Below the pieces are notes generated by a model that saw only the letters and a program-made list of their open reading frames with translations, searched no databases and had not been told where the DNA came from. DNA of 64,000 bases, from NCBI GenBank assembly GCA_964594115.1, contig CAZQLD010000002.1:10450-74449 (forward strand), in the 5' to 3' direction. The translations under genes were made by a program, and so were the position numbers. Of this stretch, positions 30,601 to 38,381 are shown one piece after another; within the stretch, counting starts at the first letter, position 1, and every line of letters starts with the position of its first letter. Origin of the DNA: Candidatus Woesearchaeota archaeon. Its GTDB lineage: Archaea > Nanobdellota > Nanobdellia > Pacearchaeales > GW2011-AR1.

Positions 30601-32708
30601 TGACTAACACTCTGAATAACTTCACAACTCTTGATTTAAGTACAGAAGGAAACATAATGCAGTTTATCTCATATGAAAGTGATAAGATTGATATAAAAGG
30701 AAAAGAGAGTAGAGATGTTCTAATAACAATTAGCATTCCTGAACTAACAGACCAAGGGACTTATGAGGGAAGTTTGGTTTTGAGTTCTGGAAATAAAACT
30801 GGAAAAATACCTACAACAATCAAGGTTCTTTCACTTGAGGGAAAATTATTAGATGTGAAAATACAGCCTTTGAATACACGGGTTTCACCTGGTTCAATAT
30901 TAAAATTACAGAGAGATTTGGTTAATGTTGGAAAAACAATCAGGGTTAGTGGGTTATTTGATTTGCAACTTTTAGAGGTGAATACAGGAGAGATTATGGC
31001 AAGAAACGAAGAAAGATTTATGGTAGAAACAAGTGTGAGTGATATTAAGGAATTAGAGATTCCTAAGAAAATAAAAGAAGGAGAGTATATGGTTAAGGCT
31101 GTTGCTCATTATTCTACTATGGATAAAGATATGCAGGCAACTTCTATTGCCCATATTAGTGTAGCTTATCCTTTTTTAAGCAGGAGATTTTTGTGGCTTC
31201 CTTTGTGGTTTTACTTATTGTTGATTTTAATGATTGTCTTTTTGATTGGAACATATTCTTATGCTAAATGGCGTGAATTTAGAAAAAAGAGATTTAAGGT
31301 TAAGGTAGCCCTCAACAAGCTTCCCCAAGCAGGACCAAATTCAGGATTTATTGGAAAGATTGCAGAAATAGGGGCTAGAGCGTTTGTTAATTTGAATAAT
31401 TTACAAATGCATACATTAATTGCAGGAGGTACTGGCTCTGGTAAAACTATTGCTGCCCAAGGAATTGCAGAAGAAGCTCTGCTCCATAAAAAGAGTGTTA
31501 TTGTTTTTGATCCTACTGCCCAGTGGACTGGGCTTTTAAGAGCTTGTAAAGACAAAGGAATGTTAAGAAGGTATAGTTATTTCAATATGAAGACAAAAAA
31601 AGCAAGAGGATTCAATGGAACAATCAAAACAATACATGACCCTTATGAATTAATAGATATAGGGAAATATATGAATAAACCCGGAGAAATAACAGTATTT
31701 AATCTAATTCATTTAGCTCCAAAAGAAATTGATATTGTTATTTCAAGTACAATTGAGCAAATTTTTAAGTTAGAACCAGAAGAAAGCAAAAGTTTGAAGA
31801 ATCTAATTATATATGATGAAGTTCACAGACTTCTTCCTAAATTCGGAGGAAGTGGAGAAGGTTTCCTACAGCTGGAAAGAGGGGCAAGAGAATTTAGAAA
31901 ATGGGGGGTTGGTTTAGTTTTAATAAGCCAGGTATTAAGTGATTTTATTGGAGAGATTAAAGCTAATATTGGAACAGAGATTCAGTTGAGGACAAGATAT
32001 GAAGGAGATTTAGAAAGAGTTAATATGAAATATGGAGATGATATATTAAAATCTGTTGTTAAAGCGCCTATTGGAACTGGAATGGTTGTTAATGCAGAAT
32101 ATAATAATGGAAGCCCTTATTTTATTGCGTTTAGGCCTGTATTGCATAGCACTAAGAGATTGACAAAACCAGAATTGGAAAAATATGAAAAGCATTTTGA
32201 AGAAGCAGAAGACATAGAATATCAAATTAATCAATTGAGGACACTTGGGGCTGATGTGTTGGATTTAGAATTAGAACTAAAACTTGCAAGAGGAAAGATA
32301 AAGACAGGGCAGTTTCCAATGGCTGATATGTACCTTCAGATATTAAGACCTAAATTAGAAGAAAGTTGGATGAGTGTTGGAAAAAAGCCAAGACATTTGG
32401 TTAAGAAAAAGATAAGCAGAGAGGAAATTGTAGGAGGAATTGCTAAAGCGAAGGAAGAAAGGGTAAAATATATAAAGGAAAATCCCGAAGAAATAATAGA
32501 TATAGGACGAGAAATTTCAAAATTAAAGAAGAAATTAGCAGAAAAAAAGAGGAAAGGCGGAGATAAGAGACTTATTTCAAACATTGATTCCTGGATACAT
32601 GCTCTAAAAGAGAGAATAAAGCCATTTAAAGGAAAGATAAACACAGAAGACTCTGAAGTAATTATGAAGGCATTGGAGTCTGTAGGAAAAGAAATAGATA
32701 AATTGTAA
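21693..32708 (+). CDS. Giant (3671 aa) surface protein fused to C-terminal HerA/VirB4/FtsK-like P-loop ATPase
   Basis: N-terminal basic GPYYYESYR..GKV..RYIG motif plus TM; Ig-like and DNRLRE-like ectodomain; poly-Gly; second TM; then HTLIAGGTGSGKT (31425-31448), VFDP, IIYDEVHR, REFRKWGVGLVLISQ. Confidence 0.85.
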   Translation: MVYKKYIKRGNKRFGPYYYESYRDKDGKVRTRYIGETIYCKSSKKGLDKVKTKHLIGILLLLIIGILLVRVLPLLEDSERTIGIKGGLRDLEKTGFSEEARAPIVGLAVSGETPVEMSTKKIEVKTKRYSVVINRPVKWVKTVKVDDKTDIENLTLEIPKEAEFINIKTAEEVQEVLENITDYNKEIKQLDKRDLKQGEVSLAALKTRTSLVLKIVNWVKDSRAKIVGYVLEEWEIEEGIKKTKDETVIELGRVVELEKQVEDILEKQAEAEIAVEYLTEGPQSVEEELPNGKRIRITAADEFEYKDILAYTELDNSISMQDVEKAKLYWYISEEDLKLIEEIPKTLEEVSNFEETEEIDVEFVKEREEIIGETKEIEEVVTISEENITEEIVEQPTSLENTSEETEIPTLGPLNKLVEWTKWIYGPEIVGSATAQETELEKKLIKVPVEFEAYDLDEDGNVDYIEWIVPYLSEQVYEFVIEIAKAEHLDENKNFIADIYSVVSEKDNVWGTVGNNEYLRIIFEQPLKSKDDITVYMKAGQPAEIEVYEGNTEELIAVFESIQEENLYKVYLTNLREESYYIFDLKIKGEVEFDSVYGTVWKEVCDEKEICVYESEKEGIKAEIGNKDREDKEYEPHLKLSKWNNEVLFKIKPDSENSISKITGSVVSEKIKEIRWDKPKIKGEDSVDMSSELKEVEWHYEEIGDFPVLKMDEIIKQKPDTNIFSYKIESENLDYYYQLPLYLEYGLTEPNSTCNATNCQGAYRPVNVVGSYAVYHKTKANNEYKTGKAFHIYRPKIYEKNNENNWIWGDLNIDEEQGILTITIEQNWLDNADYPIVIDPVFGYQTVGGSMAKLSTYQGEEYGNTPRGSLFTMPEIGWVDSISAYIHMYSNDLGHAGAIYKHFDSSKVGQTETVLLLGDSTVSWRTFNFNPPASVSNIDYVLVVHQWTGGYYTNLYYDSGTTNQGHYRDAEHAESLPSPLSFIHDNKKCSIYATYTIPDIIPPIISIVSIGGDSSSPYSTSDNTPLAVITTNENADCRASRDGDESYDSMSDDVDCSGDGGKSHNCQFGLLSDGSPTVYFACRDTIGNKNTASNNKQTAVQIDTNPPTQSNHNPAKGSTINTKSPTITFTTNELGDCRASLLDESYDSMSNDVDCTSGTSTSHSCSMSGLSEGSEVVYIACKDDTSVSPNKDTVASNEHVNYIVDAVAPIVTINSIGGDTSPPFNISDISPSVSATTNENADCRASNDGDESYDSMSDDVDCSGDGGTSHTCNFGIIGAGTHIISVSCRDSVGNKNTAGDNDNEQVEIDNSAPIVTINSIGGDTSPPFNISDISPSVSATTNENADCRASNDGDESYDSMSDDVDCSGDGGTSHTCNFGIIGAGTHIISVSCRDSVGNKNTAGNNDNEQVEIDNSVPTQLNHNPAKGSTISTKSPTITFNTNEIGDCRASLSDESYDNMSNDVDCTSGASTSHSCSMSGLSEGSEVVYIACEDDTSVSPNKDTAASNEHVNYIIDTSAPAVQFVFPTTQSGSYSQNYIKANVTANDPSLADITVYLYFQFGLLQSSSINSPLFVEFTPLSEGTYYLNATAIDTLGNRGSSETRTIILDRSDPTITLISPVNGDVRTTPLFNFAADFNDRALKNATLYVWDSSRNIVNITTTALSGTSDSASIPVTLPYEDTFYWNYYACDDLGNCRFSNVNWSVTYVTIKIGLDVIWPPGNVDVSQNQLFNVTLKVSCSGADCGDVDVSLDPDVKLQIENLEDVFFGSSLGDQYSAVKFDIGSVPQNMVIENAFLALYVSETGSGLDSDVKYYRINNQGWTEGNTAGAMWNLRNSRDTGKTDNSAFSSTGWTYLDVTEAVRKEYESGNKNVSFWLEDPDNAADVPTNSYGGEDYLRIGKGVSNFFHRFYSKEHTGVSNRPYLNIIYRKGLIPTTPSVPFYTIYNNPIRISLFAGDTKLVIFWVNATGSGTWNFFAYVNKTNAMSISNITSFWNVTIIDVTNPTIKLTSPINGEQIQSSPVNFKANFYDAGLKNATLYIWDSNGINYTQTIALSGTSDSASIPVILGDGNYKWNYQACDVGDNCISNNINWTFSLDATPPEVNLLSPPDNLTITSQQTFSFEANFTDINLKNATLFIWDSTNSIVHKQTDTFLGNYGYSNISVTLPDSGTFYWNYYACDGLGNCRFSNVNWSLILGSVPITNTPVLTNVNPQLGPSSDLNCSFVITDSNPSDPLAANVRWYRNGVEESAVNVNVQNGVMHSVILDSNYINAWENWTCSVIPYDGSAFGILKNSNHVFIKALLDIQYSSSKQDLGTIINYSISANLINKHTAQLETGDILIEVSNSSGVQAAGICVSSSSCFRSWFVPISLGYGIYLVNITGSNKTHYLSKSVSFSDSISLWSWNVNPSSLDKIKAIGSQGILEIIDVNNMGSEIMDFNILSNNPSIIWPDVSFLQVPPDQKNSFTLNYSAPAKGTYSINVSVRNQEVTAVPRELNVIINFTSADLKVNLISPTNQIPLTNVSIAQKVEIITNASYEGAPIINDSTWIIKIGGRDCGDITYFYDFINAYWNISCSAPDVPDDRPHPLEAVMLSNEYGEVSYSEDDVVYYRDTSPPVFENIFRNNININGLINLIANVSDNLGVKYVVANITDPNSSSFECNMTNIGGLWFCNSIILNLAGEYIVDYIASDVSGNTGYAQDWFEVYDRYFWAVSLVDYNSTPVSNVSISLSRPYTGPVLVSNITNAFGKANFYVNKRKYDIRGGISGDEFIVREIDFVNSSNPIYLNFYRYKGELGEVIPLHRFDEISSFGIVSNSTNMDSNLVTLIFNYSSLINNVNSLTNLEIMQCSVWDYAARSCLGVWQALSSSRDIDVKTITGNSTGFSAYFLTENTCGTGGCEPAFGEAVGNCGDCIAGGGGPSGGGGGGGGGGSISRSQVTQITESLIKVGGVRIDTSSIYEELFPGETTTINIKLTNTLNNFTTLDLSTEGNIMQFISYESDKIDIKGKESRDVLITISIPELTDQGTYEGSLVLSSGNKTGKIPTTIKVLSLEGKLLDVKIQPLNTRVSPGSILKLQRDLVNVGKTIRVSGLFDLQLLEVNTGEIMARNEERFMVETSVSDIKELEIPKKIKEGEYMVKAVAHYSTMDKDMQATSIAHISVAYPFLSRRFLWLPLWFYLLLILMIVFLIGTYSYAKWREFRKKRFKVKVALNKLPQAGPNSGFIGKIAEIGARAFVNLNNLQMHTLIAGGTGSGKTIAAQGIAEEALLHKKSVIVFDPTAQWTGLLRACKDKGMLRRYSYFNMKTKKARGFNGTIKTIHDPYELIDIGKYMNKPGEITVFNLIHLAPKEIDIVISSTIEQIFKLEPEESKSLKNLIIYDEVHRLLPKFGGSGEGFLQLERGAREFRKWGVGLVLISQVLSDFIGEIKANIGTEIQLRTRYEGDLERVNMKYGDDILKSVVKAPIGTGMVVNAEYNNGSPYFIAFRPVLHSTKRLTKPELEKYEKHFEEAEDIEYQINQLRTLGADVLDLELELKLARGKIKTGQFPMADMYLQILRPKLEESWMSVGKKPRHLVKKKISREEIVGGIAKAKEERVKYIKENPEEIIDIGREISKLKKKLAEKKRKGGDKRLISNIDSWIHALKERIKPFKGKINTEDSEVIMKALESVGKEIDKL
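25320..25938 (+). repeat. Near-identical 312-bp (104-aa) tandem duplication inside the giant gene
   Basis: ATTGTAACTATTAATTCAATAGGAGGAG begins at 25320 and at 25632; the two units differ at only a few positions. Confidence 0.9.
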
Positions 32709-32740
32709 ATTTTCACGATATTTGAGTAAAAGAGGTTAAA

Positions 32741-34018
32741 ATGTTTTTTAAGAAAAAAGAAAAAGGAGTTCCTGATGTAGGTCAGGAAGATACTTATGAT
32801 AGGGAGATGAACAGAAATGGTGTTGAGCTCAGAGACGAATCGGGAGAACCTTCTATGATGCCAGAATCCTCAAACCCTAATTTTTCTTCAACTCCCAATA
32901 TCCCGAGCATTGCTTCTCCTAATGCTCCCCCTCCTTCTCCAAGTATGCCTGCTCCTGAGCCTCCGAATCTTCCTCCTTCAAATATGCCAGCCCCTACTTT
33001 AAATATGTCTGCTTCTAATATGATTGCATTGGAGTTTGAAAAAATTAATGCAAAGATTGAGGCAATGGTTGTATGGATAAAGCAATTTTATGAAAGATTC
33101 TATCATGCTTGTGAAAATATAGGAGAGGTTAGAAATATGGCACTTACAAATGAGAAAAGTATTGCTAAAGCAGTTAGAGACTCAACTAGGGCTATTGACC
33201 TTGTTAAAGAAGTGAAGCCAGAAAAATTAAGAATTGATAACAGGAGATTAGATATGAAAATAAATGCTCTTTCTGAGAAAATAGAATTAAGCAAACAATT
33301 TTCAGAGAGTATTATGAAAGAACTTAAGGTTTTGAAAAGAAGAGCAGATGTTTTTATTGGGACAGAGGAGTTGTTGAAGTTAAATGATGAGGTTAAGAAA
33401 GATTTGATTGAAATCCAAAAATTTGGTTCAAGGGTAAGATTAGATTCAGATAAATCAGAACAGATTTTTATTGAATTGAAAAAATCCTTATCAGAGGTTC
33501 AGAGAATAGATGCCAAATTCACTAATTTCAGTAATATTTCTTCTGAGTTGAGGGAGGAAGTAGAAAAATTAAAAATTAAAGCACGTCATTTAGATGATAT
33601 TAGAAAATCCAGTGATTTAACAGAAGATTTAATTGAAAAAACACTTTTGCTTGCGAAAAAGAACAAGCAAGCCATAGGAGGATTTACAGTTACAGATTAT
33701 GAAAAGAGGTTAAATGCTATTTTGAAAGTGGTGGATAATCTCGTCGGACAGATTTCTGATATTAAAAGAAAACTAGCAGGGTCAGAAGATGTTGATCTGG
33801 CTCCAAAAACAGTTAATGTTAAAAAGATAATTAAGGACCTGCCTTCAATTAAAAAAACAAGAAACCCAAAACCTGAAAAACTAAAATCTAGAAACCCTAA
33901 AAAATCCAAGAGATATGTTAAGTCTGAAGAGCCTCCTGAACTTCCTGTGCCTCCTATACCTTCACCTCCTCCTGAAGAAAATAAAGAAAGAAAGAAAAGA
34001 AACAGGAAAAAACAATGA
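32741..34018 (+). CDS. Pro-rich / coiled-coil hypothetical protein
   Basis: SD AAAAGAGGTT; long heptad region flanked by Pro-rich tails. Confidence 0.7.
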   Translation: MFFKKKEKGVPDVGQEDTYDREMNRNGVELRDESGEPSMMPESSNPNFSSTPNIPSIASPNAPPPSPSMPAPEPPNLPPSNMPAPTLNMSASNMIALEFEKINAKIEAMVVWIKQFYERFYHACENIGEVRNMALTNEKSIAKAVRDSTRAIDLVKEVKPEKLRIDNRRLDMKINALSEKIELSKQFSESIMKELKVLKRRADVFIGTEELLKLNDEVKKDLIEIQKFGSRVRLDSDKSEQIFIELKKSLSEVQRIDAKFTNFSNISSELREEVEKLKIKARHLDDIRKSSDLTEDLIEKTLLLAKKNKQAIGGFTVTDYEKRLNAILKVVDNLVGQISDIKRKLAGSEDVDLAPKTVNVKKIIKDLPSIKKTRNPKPEKLKSRNPKKSKRYVKSEEPPELPVPPIPSPPPEENKERKKRNRKKQ

Positions 34019-34716
34019 GTGAAAAACCCCCTTTAAAGAAAGAATCTAAAAAAGAGAAAGTTAAGGGGAAAAAGAAAGCAATTGGAAAGCGCCCTTTATC
34101 TAGGAGATTTACAAGGGCTACAGGAGGTCCTGCGGTTTTGACTCCTTCTCAGTTTGAAATAGAACCCCTGTTTATCCCGCAACTTACTCCAGATTATCCT
34201 GAAGAAAAGTTAAGAGGGATTATTAAGAAAACTGAGGTTAAGCCAAAAACCAGTATTAAGGATTTAGCTAGAAAGCTTGATGCTCTTAAGCATGCGTATT
34301 TGTCTAAAAAACAAAAACCAGTTGTTATGGAAAACCCTCCCATTAAGAAGCCCCCTGTTAAAAAACCAGAATTTCCAAGCAATAAGATAATTTTGATTAA
34401 AAAACCTTTAGTTAAAAAACCAATACTAATCTTCACGAAAAAATCAGTTACAAAGAAACCTGATAAAAAACTAGAGTCCTTAACTAAAAAGGCAATCTTA
34501 ATCAAGAAAACCCCTGAATCCAAAGGATTCCCAAAACCCCTAATTAAAAAATTAAAGCCAGTTGTTGTCAAAAAACCCATGAAAAAAGAACCTGCTAAAT
34601 CTACAGGAGAGTTCCTTAAATTACCTAAGATGCCATCTTTAACCTTTTCACTGAAAAAATCCTCGAAACAAGAAAAAACAAAGAAAAAGTCTATAGCCAA
34701 AGAAGATAATAAATGA
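34015..34716 (+). CDS. Lys/Pro-rich low-complexity protein
   Basis: ATGA overlap with the upstream ORF; repeated KKP motifs. Confidence 0.55.
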   Translation: MSEKPPLKKESKKEKVKGKKKAIGKRPLSRRFTRATGGPAVLTPSQFEIEPLFIPQLTPDYPEEKLRGIIKKTEVKPKTSIKDLARKLDALKHAYLSKKQKPVVMENPPIKKPPVKKPEFPSNKIILIKKPLVKKPILIFTKKSVTKKPDKKLESLTKKAILIKKTPESKGFPKPLIKKLKPVVVKKPMKKEPAKSTGEFLKLPKMPSLTFSLKKSSKQEKTKKKSIAKEDNK

Positions 34717-34719
34717 AAT

Positions 34720-34914
34720 TCAACCGAGCTTTTTTTCTATATCTTTAATTCTTTGCTCAAAATTTTGTTTTCTAAGTTCCTGTGTTTCTGGATCTTGTTC
34801 TTTTTTTAGAAAATTCATTAGTTTCAATTTTCTGTAAATAAGAAGTAAGAGTATAATTAGGACTACTACTATTGCAACTAATGCTCCTAAGATTATCATG
34901 ACCCAGTATTCCAT
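34720..34914 (-). CDS. Small single-TM protein
   Basis: SD AAAGAGGAG; N-terminal TM. Confidence 0.6.
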   Translation of the reverse strand: MEYWVMIILGALVAIVVVLIILLLLIYRKLKLMNFLKKEQDPETQELRKQNFEQRIKDIEKKLG

Positions 34915-34968
34915 TTTAGACTCCTCTTTTTGTTTTTAATTAGAAGGATTTATAGTTTTTAAGTTTAT

Positions 34969-35727
34969 CTAAGGTTTATTTTCTATTAATGAATAGGGCG
35001 TTGTCCTATAGAGTATAAATCTGCTTCCAACAAACTCAGAAATAACTGCACTGATTCTTAAATCTCCAGTAATTGCCTTAAAAACCCCTCCTGTTATAGG
35101 AATCCTTGCGCTTTTTGAGAAGTTCTCAATTATTTTTTTAATGTCATCTTCTGATAATTTTATTTTTGTGAAATTTACTCTGTTTGCTTTTTTAACAAGT
35201 ATGAGTTTCTCAGGTCCAAGACACTCTATAATTGTAATTGCTTTGTCTTTTAAAAGTATATTCAACTTTCCTAAATCTGGTTCTGCTCTGGTTTCTGTAA
35301 CTGGAGGAGCTGACATTTCTGATGGAGGGGCGGAAATAGGTCTGGTAAATCTTCTTGTAAGGCGAGTTGGTCGAATTGTTAGGTTTGATGGCCTTTGTAT
35401 TTTTGGCAGGGGCTTAATTGGATGTATTGGCTGGATTCGTTGTATTGGCCGGGGAAAAATTTGTGTGGGCTGCGCCACTTCTGGAACAATACGCGGCAAG
35501 AAATTTTCAGCAGGTTTTTCTATTCTTTTTTTAGATTCTTGCTCCTTTAATTTAGTCATTTCTTGTAATATTTGGGAGTGGGGCAGTATAGGAGGAAGCA
35601 CATGGATTTCTTTAGCTGGCTGTTCAGCAGGTTTTTCTATTGCAGGCTTTTTAGAGTTAATAATAAGCTCTTGAGTAAAAAGTTTCAAAAAAAGAATTTT
35701 ATCTTTATTAGTCATTTGTTTTAACAT
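34969..35727 (-). CDS. Hypothetical protein with C-terminal domain resembling the N-domain of TadA/VirB11 secretion ATPases (no P-loop)
   Basis: DLGKLNILLKDKAITIIECLGP resembles GLGPL.PLL.D..VTEI..NGP. Confidence 0.6.
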   Translation of the reverse strand: MLKQMTNKDKILFLKLFTQELIINSKKPAIEKPAEQPAKEIHVLPPILPHSQILQEMTKLKEQESKKRIEKPAENFLPRIVPEVAQPTQIFPRPIQRIQPIHPIKPLPKIQRPSNLTIRPTRLTRRFTRPISAPPSEMSAPPVTETRAEPDLGKLNILLKDKAITIIECLGPEKLILVKKANRVNFTKIKLSEDDIKKIIENFSKSARIPITGGVFKAITGDLRISAVISEFVGSRFILYRTTPYSLIENKP

Positions 35728-35764
35728 TTTAAAAACAAAAAATAATTTACTGAGATAACTTTAA

Positions 35765-36145
35765 TTATAAGTGGGGATATCTCGGCCTTCCTGGATTTAA
35801 ATTACGTACAGGGGGTCTTTCTCTTAACCTTTCTTCTATTAAAGTTAGGCCTCTGGCTATTGTTTTGTTTTGTTCAAGCAGAATATCTAGTTTCTCTAAG
35901 AGTTCTTGATTTTTCTCTTCTGTTTTCGTAATTGATTTTTTTTCTATGTCTGGGATTTGTTTTTCTACAAAACTTTTTGCAGATATTTCAAAAAGCTGGA
36001 GTAATTTAGACATTTTTTCAGAAAGTGAGTCAAATTTAATAGATAAATTTGTAAGAACTTTTTGCAAATTGACAAAATTTTCTATAAGCATTTTGTCAAG
36101 TTCTGGTTTTGCTGGATTTTTTATTTTTGCCACTTTATTTTTCAC
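35765..36145 (-). CDS. Hypothetical coiled-coil protein
   Basis: LIENFVNLQKVLTNLS...LL.LFE.SA...QNKTIARGL. Confidence 0.6.
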   Translation of the reverse strand: MKNKVAKIKNPAKPELDKMLIENFVNLQKVLTNLSIKFDSLSEKMSKLLQLFEISAKSFVEKQIPDIEKKSITKTEEKNQELLEKLDILLEQNKTIARGLTLIEERLRERPPVRNLNPGRPRYPHL

Positions 36146-36223
36146 ATCTTTTTTTCATAATTAAGTTAGGAATATGTAATTTATAAAGATTGCGATAATA
36201 GTATAGAATAATTAATTTTTACA

Positions 36224-37084
36224 TTAATTTTCTCCTCTCTTTAATCTTTCTAACTCCTCTTTATCCCTTCTTAATTTTTCTTCAGCTTCTTTTATCTTGT
36301 TTTTTTTATTTTTAATGTTAGCTATTTCTTCTTGAAGCGCCCTTGCTCTTTTTTCTAATTCTAAGAGTTTTTTTTCTTCTTCAGTTAAATCTTTTTCACT
36401 TACTGCTCTTTCTTTTATTTCATCTTTGATTTCACTATATTTGCGAATCTTGATATTTTTAGATGATGGTTTTCTTATTAGTAAGGGTTTTTTTAGTATT
36501 GTCTTTCTAAAAATAAGAAACAGTATTGCTGCAACAATGAGAATCCCTATAGTAATAAAATAAACAATATTTGGAAGAAATCCATCACCTTCAGGAGCAC
36601 TTGAGCCAACTGTTGCATTTAAATTTTCTGTTCCTTCTGATGAGGATGTTGTAGTAGTTGTATTTGTTGTAGTAGTTGTATTTGTTGTAGTAGTTGTATT
36701 TGTTGTAGTTGTAGTAGTTGTATTTGTTGTAGTTGTAGTAGTTGTATTTGTTGTTCCCATGTGTTCTTCTTTGAGTAACCTAAGGCTAATTGTACCTCCT
36801 GTGGTATATCCTTCAAATTTCTTAAATACAACCAGTTTTCCATTTTTTCTTACTATTATGGAAAAATCTATCTTGCTTAGGTCGCAATTGAATTCAAATA
36901 TTGCTTTTCCTTTTGAGCCTGAATCTTTATTTAAAATTTGAATAGGATCTTCTACAGCTGGATTGAATATATTAGCAGTTACATTGTGATAGGCATAAGT
37001 TTCTACTTCTATTTGAGTAGTTACAGCTGAGACACTAGCTATTGCAAATAAGACTATAAGAATACAAATTATTTTTTTCACCAT
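36224..37084 (-). CDS. Type I membrane protein with Thr-rich glycosylated stalk and cytoplasmic coiled coil
   Basis: Signal peptide; (NTTTTT)n; TM; Lys/Glu coiled coil. Confidence 0.7.
   Translation of the reverse strand: MVKKIICILIVLFAIASVSAVTTQIEVETYAYHNVTANIFNPAVEDPIQILNKDSGSKGKAIFEFNCDLSKIDFSIIVRKNGKLVVFKKFEGYTTGGTISLRLLKEEHMGTTNTTTTTTTNTTTTTTTNTTTTTNTTTTTNTTTTTSSSEGTENLNATVGSSAPEGDGFLPNIVYFITIGILIVAAILFLIFRKTILKKPLLIRKPSSKNIKIRKYSEIKDEIKERAVSEKDLTEEEKKLLELEKRARALQEEIANIKNKKNKIKEAEEKLRRDKEELERLKRGEN
36648..36755. repeat. Coding minisatellite (18/24-bp GTTGTAGTAGTTGTATTT-type units) encoding NTTTTT(TT)
   Basis: About five tandem units visible. Confidence 0.85.
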
Positions 37085-37146
37085 TTTTATTTTATGAGGG
37101 AAGTATTATTTATAAATATTTCTAAGGAGAAAACTAGCTGATAAAA

Positions 37147-37218
37147 TGGGCGCGGGGGGAGTTTAACCCCCTTCTGGTGGTCTGGAGCCACCTATTCTAG
37201 ACGTTGAACTACGCACCC
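37147..37218 (-). tRNA. tRNA-Trp(CCA), intronless, with non-canonical D and T loops
   Basis: GGGTGCG/CGCGCCC-A acceptor; GGTGG-CTCCAGA-CCACC anticodon arm; T arm GGGGG-TTAAACT-CCCCC. Confidence 0.9.
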
Positions 37219-37301
37219 TTAAAATGAATAAAAATTTGTAGTTTAAAAAGATATAGTTTTATAAGATAAATATTTATAAATAGAATTCAACAAAGATTAA
37301 C

Positions 37302-37706
37302 ATGAGTGGAGAAGCAAAATCAAGAGTTTTTGGCAGTTTTGAATTAAGTGGGGGATGGGCAATGGATTGCAGATTAGATATCTTAGCATGCAGGATTTCT
37401 AATGAAAAACTTGATGTTGTGGAAATTAAAAAACAAGCTGATAGATATGTTGTCAGTTCTCTAGACAAGAACCAGATTCCAGAGGGACTTGTAACTGCCT
37501 GTACTAATGCATTAATTGATCACGTAGATTTATATGCTGCTGCAAGCTCACTAGATTCAGAAAAATATGAGAAAGTTATATTTGAAAAAAATGAAAATGG
37601 CAGGTCTTATAGACTGCTAGTAAATCATCCTTTTGAAAAGTTATTAAAATTTCTAACAGATAAAGAAACTCTTCTTAGGAGTAGGATTTTTACTCCAGCT
37701 GTGTAA
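37302..37706 (+). CDS. Hypothetical protein
   Basis: ORF with TATA box about 29 nt upstream. Confidence 0.5.
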   Translation: MSGEAKSRVFGSFELSGGWAMDCRLDILACRISNEKLDVVEIKKQADRYVVSSLDKNQIPEGLVTACTNALIDHVDLYAAASSLDSEKYEKVIFEKNENGRSYRLLVNHPFEKLLKFLTDKETLLRSRIFTPAV

Positions 37707-38381
37707 TTAAAGCCTTTTTATCTCTTCTATTTCGTTTCTAGATACAGAGCAGCCTTTGTATTTTACTGCATATAGAAGGGCATCTAGGACAAGGCCATTT
37801 TTTAGTTCTACAAGTTTATTTTTATAAGCAATATAAACCAATTCAGTTGAACGAATAACCTTAAATTTTTCAAATTCCCAAAAATTTTCTTTTTTAACTT
37901 TAACTTTGGTATGGAGCTTGGTTTCTAAAAGTTTTTGGAGATTTTCTGGATTTTCACATAACATCCTTGTTGTTCTCTCGTCTATAGCAAGAATATTTTT
38001 TATTCCTTTTCTGGTGAGAATCTCAGATAAAGCAAGACAAGAGGATTCTCCTCTGTCAATTAAATGGAGATAGCTGTTTTTTGCAATAAAAGTGCGATTT
38101 GATGTTCTTAGTAGTTCTCTGCTTCTTTCTTCTATTTGTGAATTTTTGATTCCAACAGAATCAGGCAGTTCTATGATTTTTTTATTTAAAAGAGACTGAA
38201 TCCTTAATGCTCCTAATTCAAATTTCTTTATATTTAAAGGGCGTTTTATTGTTTCATATCTTACATCTTCTGTGATTAAGAATTTTCCATTGAAAATTGT
38301 CTTTAATTTTGCAAGTACATCAAGTAAGCCATTCATTGAAAAGTTAATTAAGGTGGAGGCATCGAAGATTAAGGCTTTCAT
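37707..38381 (-). CDS. PIN-domain protein
   Basis: IFDASTLIN, IDRGESSCLAL, AIDERTTR acidic PIN motifs. Confidence 0.75.
   Translation of the reverse strand: MKALIFDASTLINFSMNGLLDVLAKLKTIFNGKFLITEDVRYETIKRPLNIKKFELGALRIQSLLNKKIIELPDSVGIKNSQIEERSRELLRTSNRTFIAKNSYLHLIDRGESSCLALSEILTRKGIKNILAIDERTTRMLCENPENLQKLLETKLHTKVKVKKENFWEFEKFKVIRSTELVYIAYKNKLVELKNGLVLDALLYAVKYKGCSVSRNEIEEIKRL

Noticed and set aside
36619..36843. Gln/Leu repeat ORF (QQIQLL)n
   Set aside because: Alternate frame of the Thr-rich minisatellite in 36224-37084.
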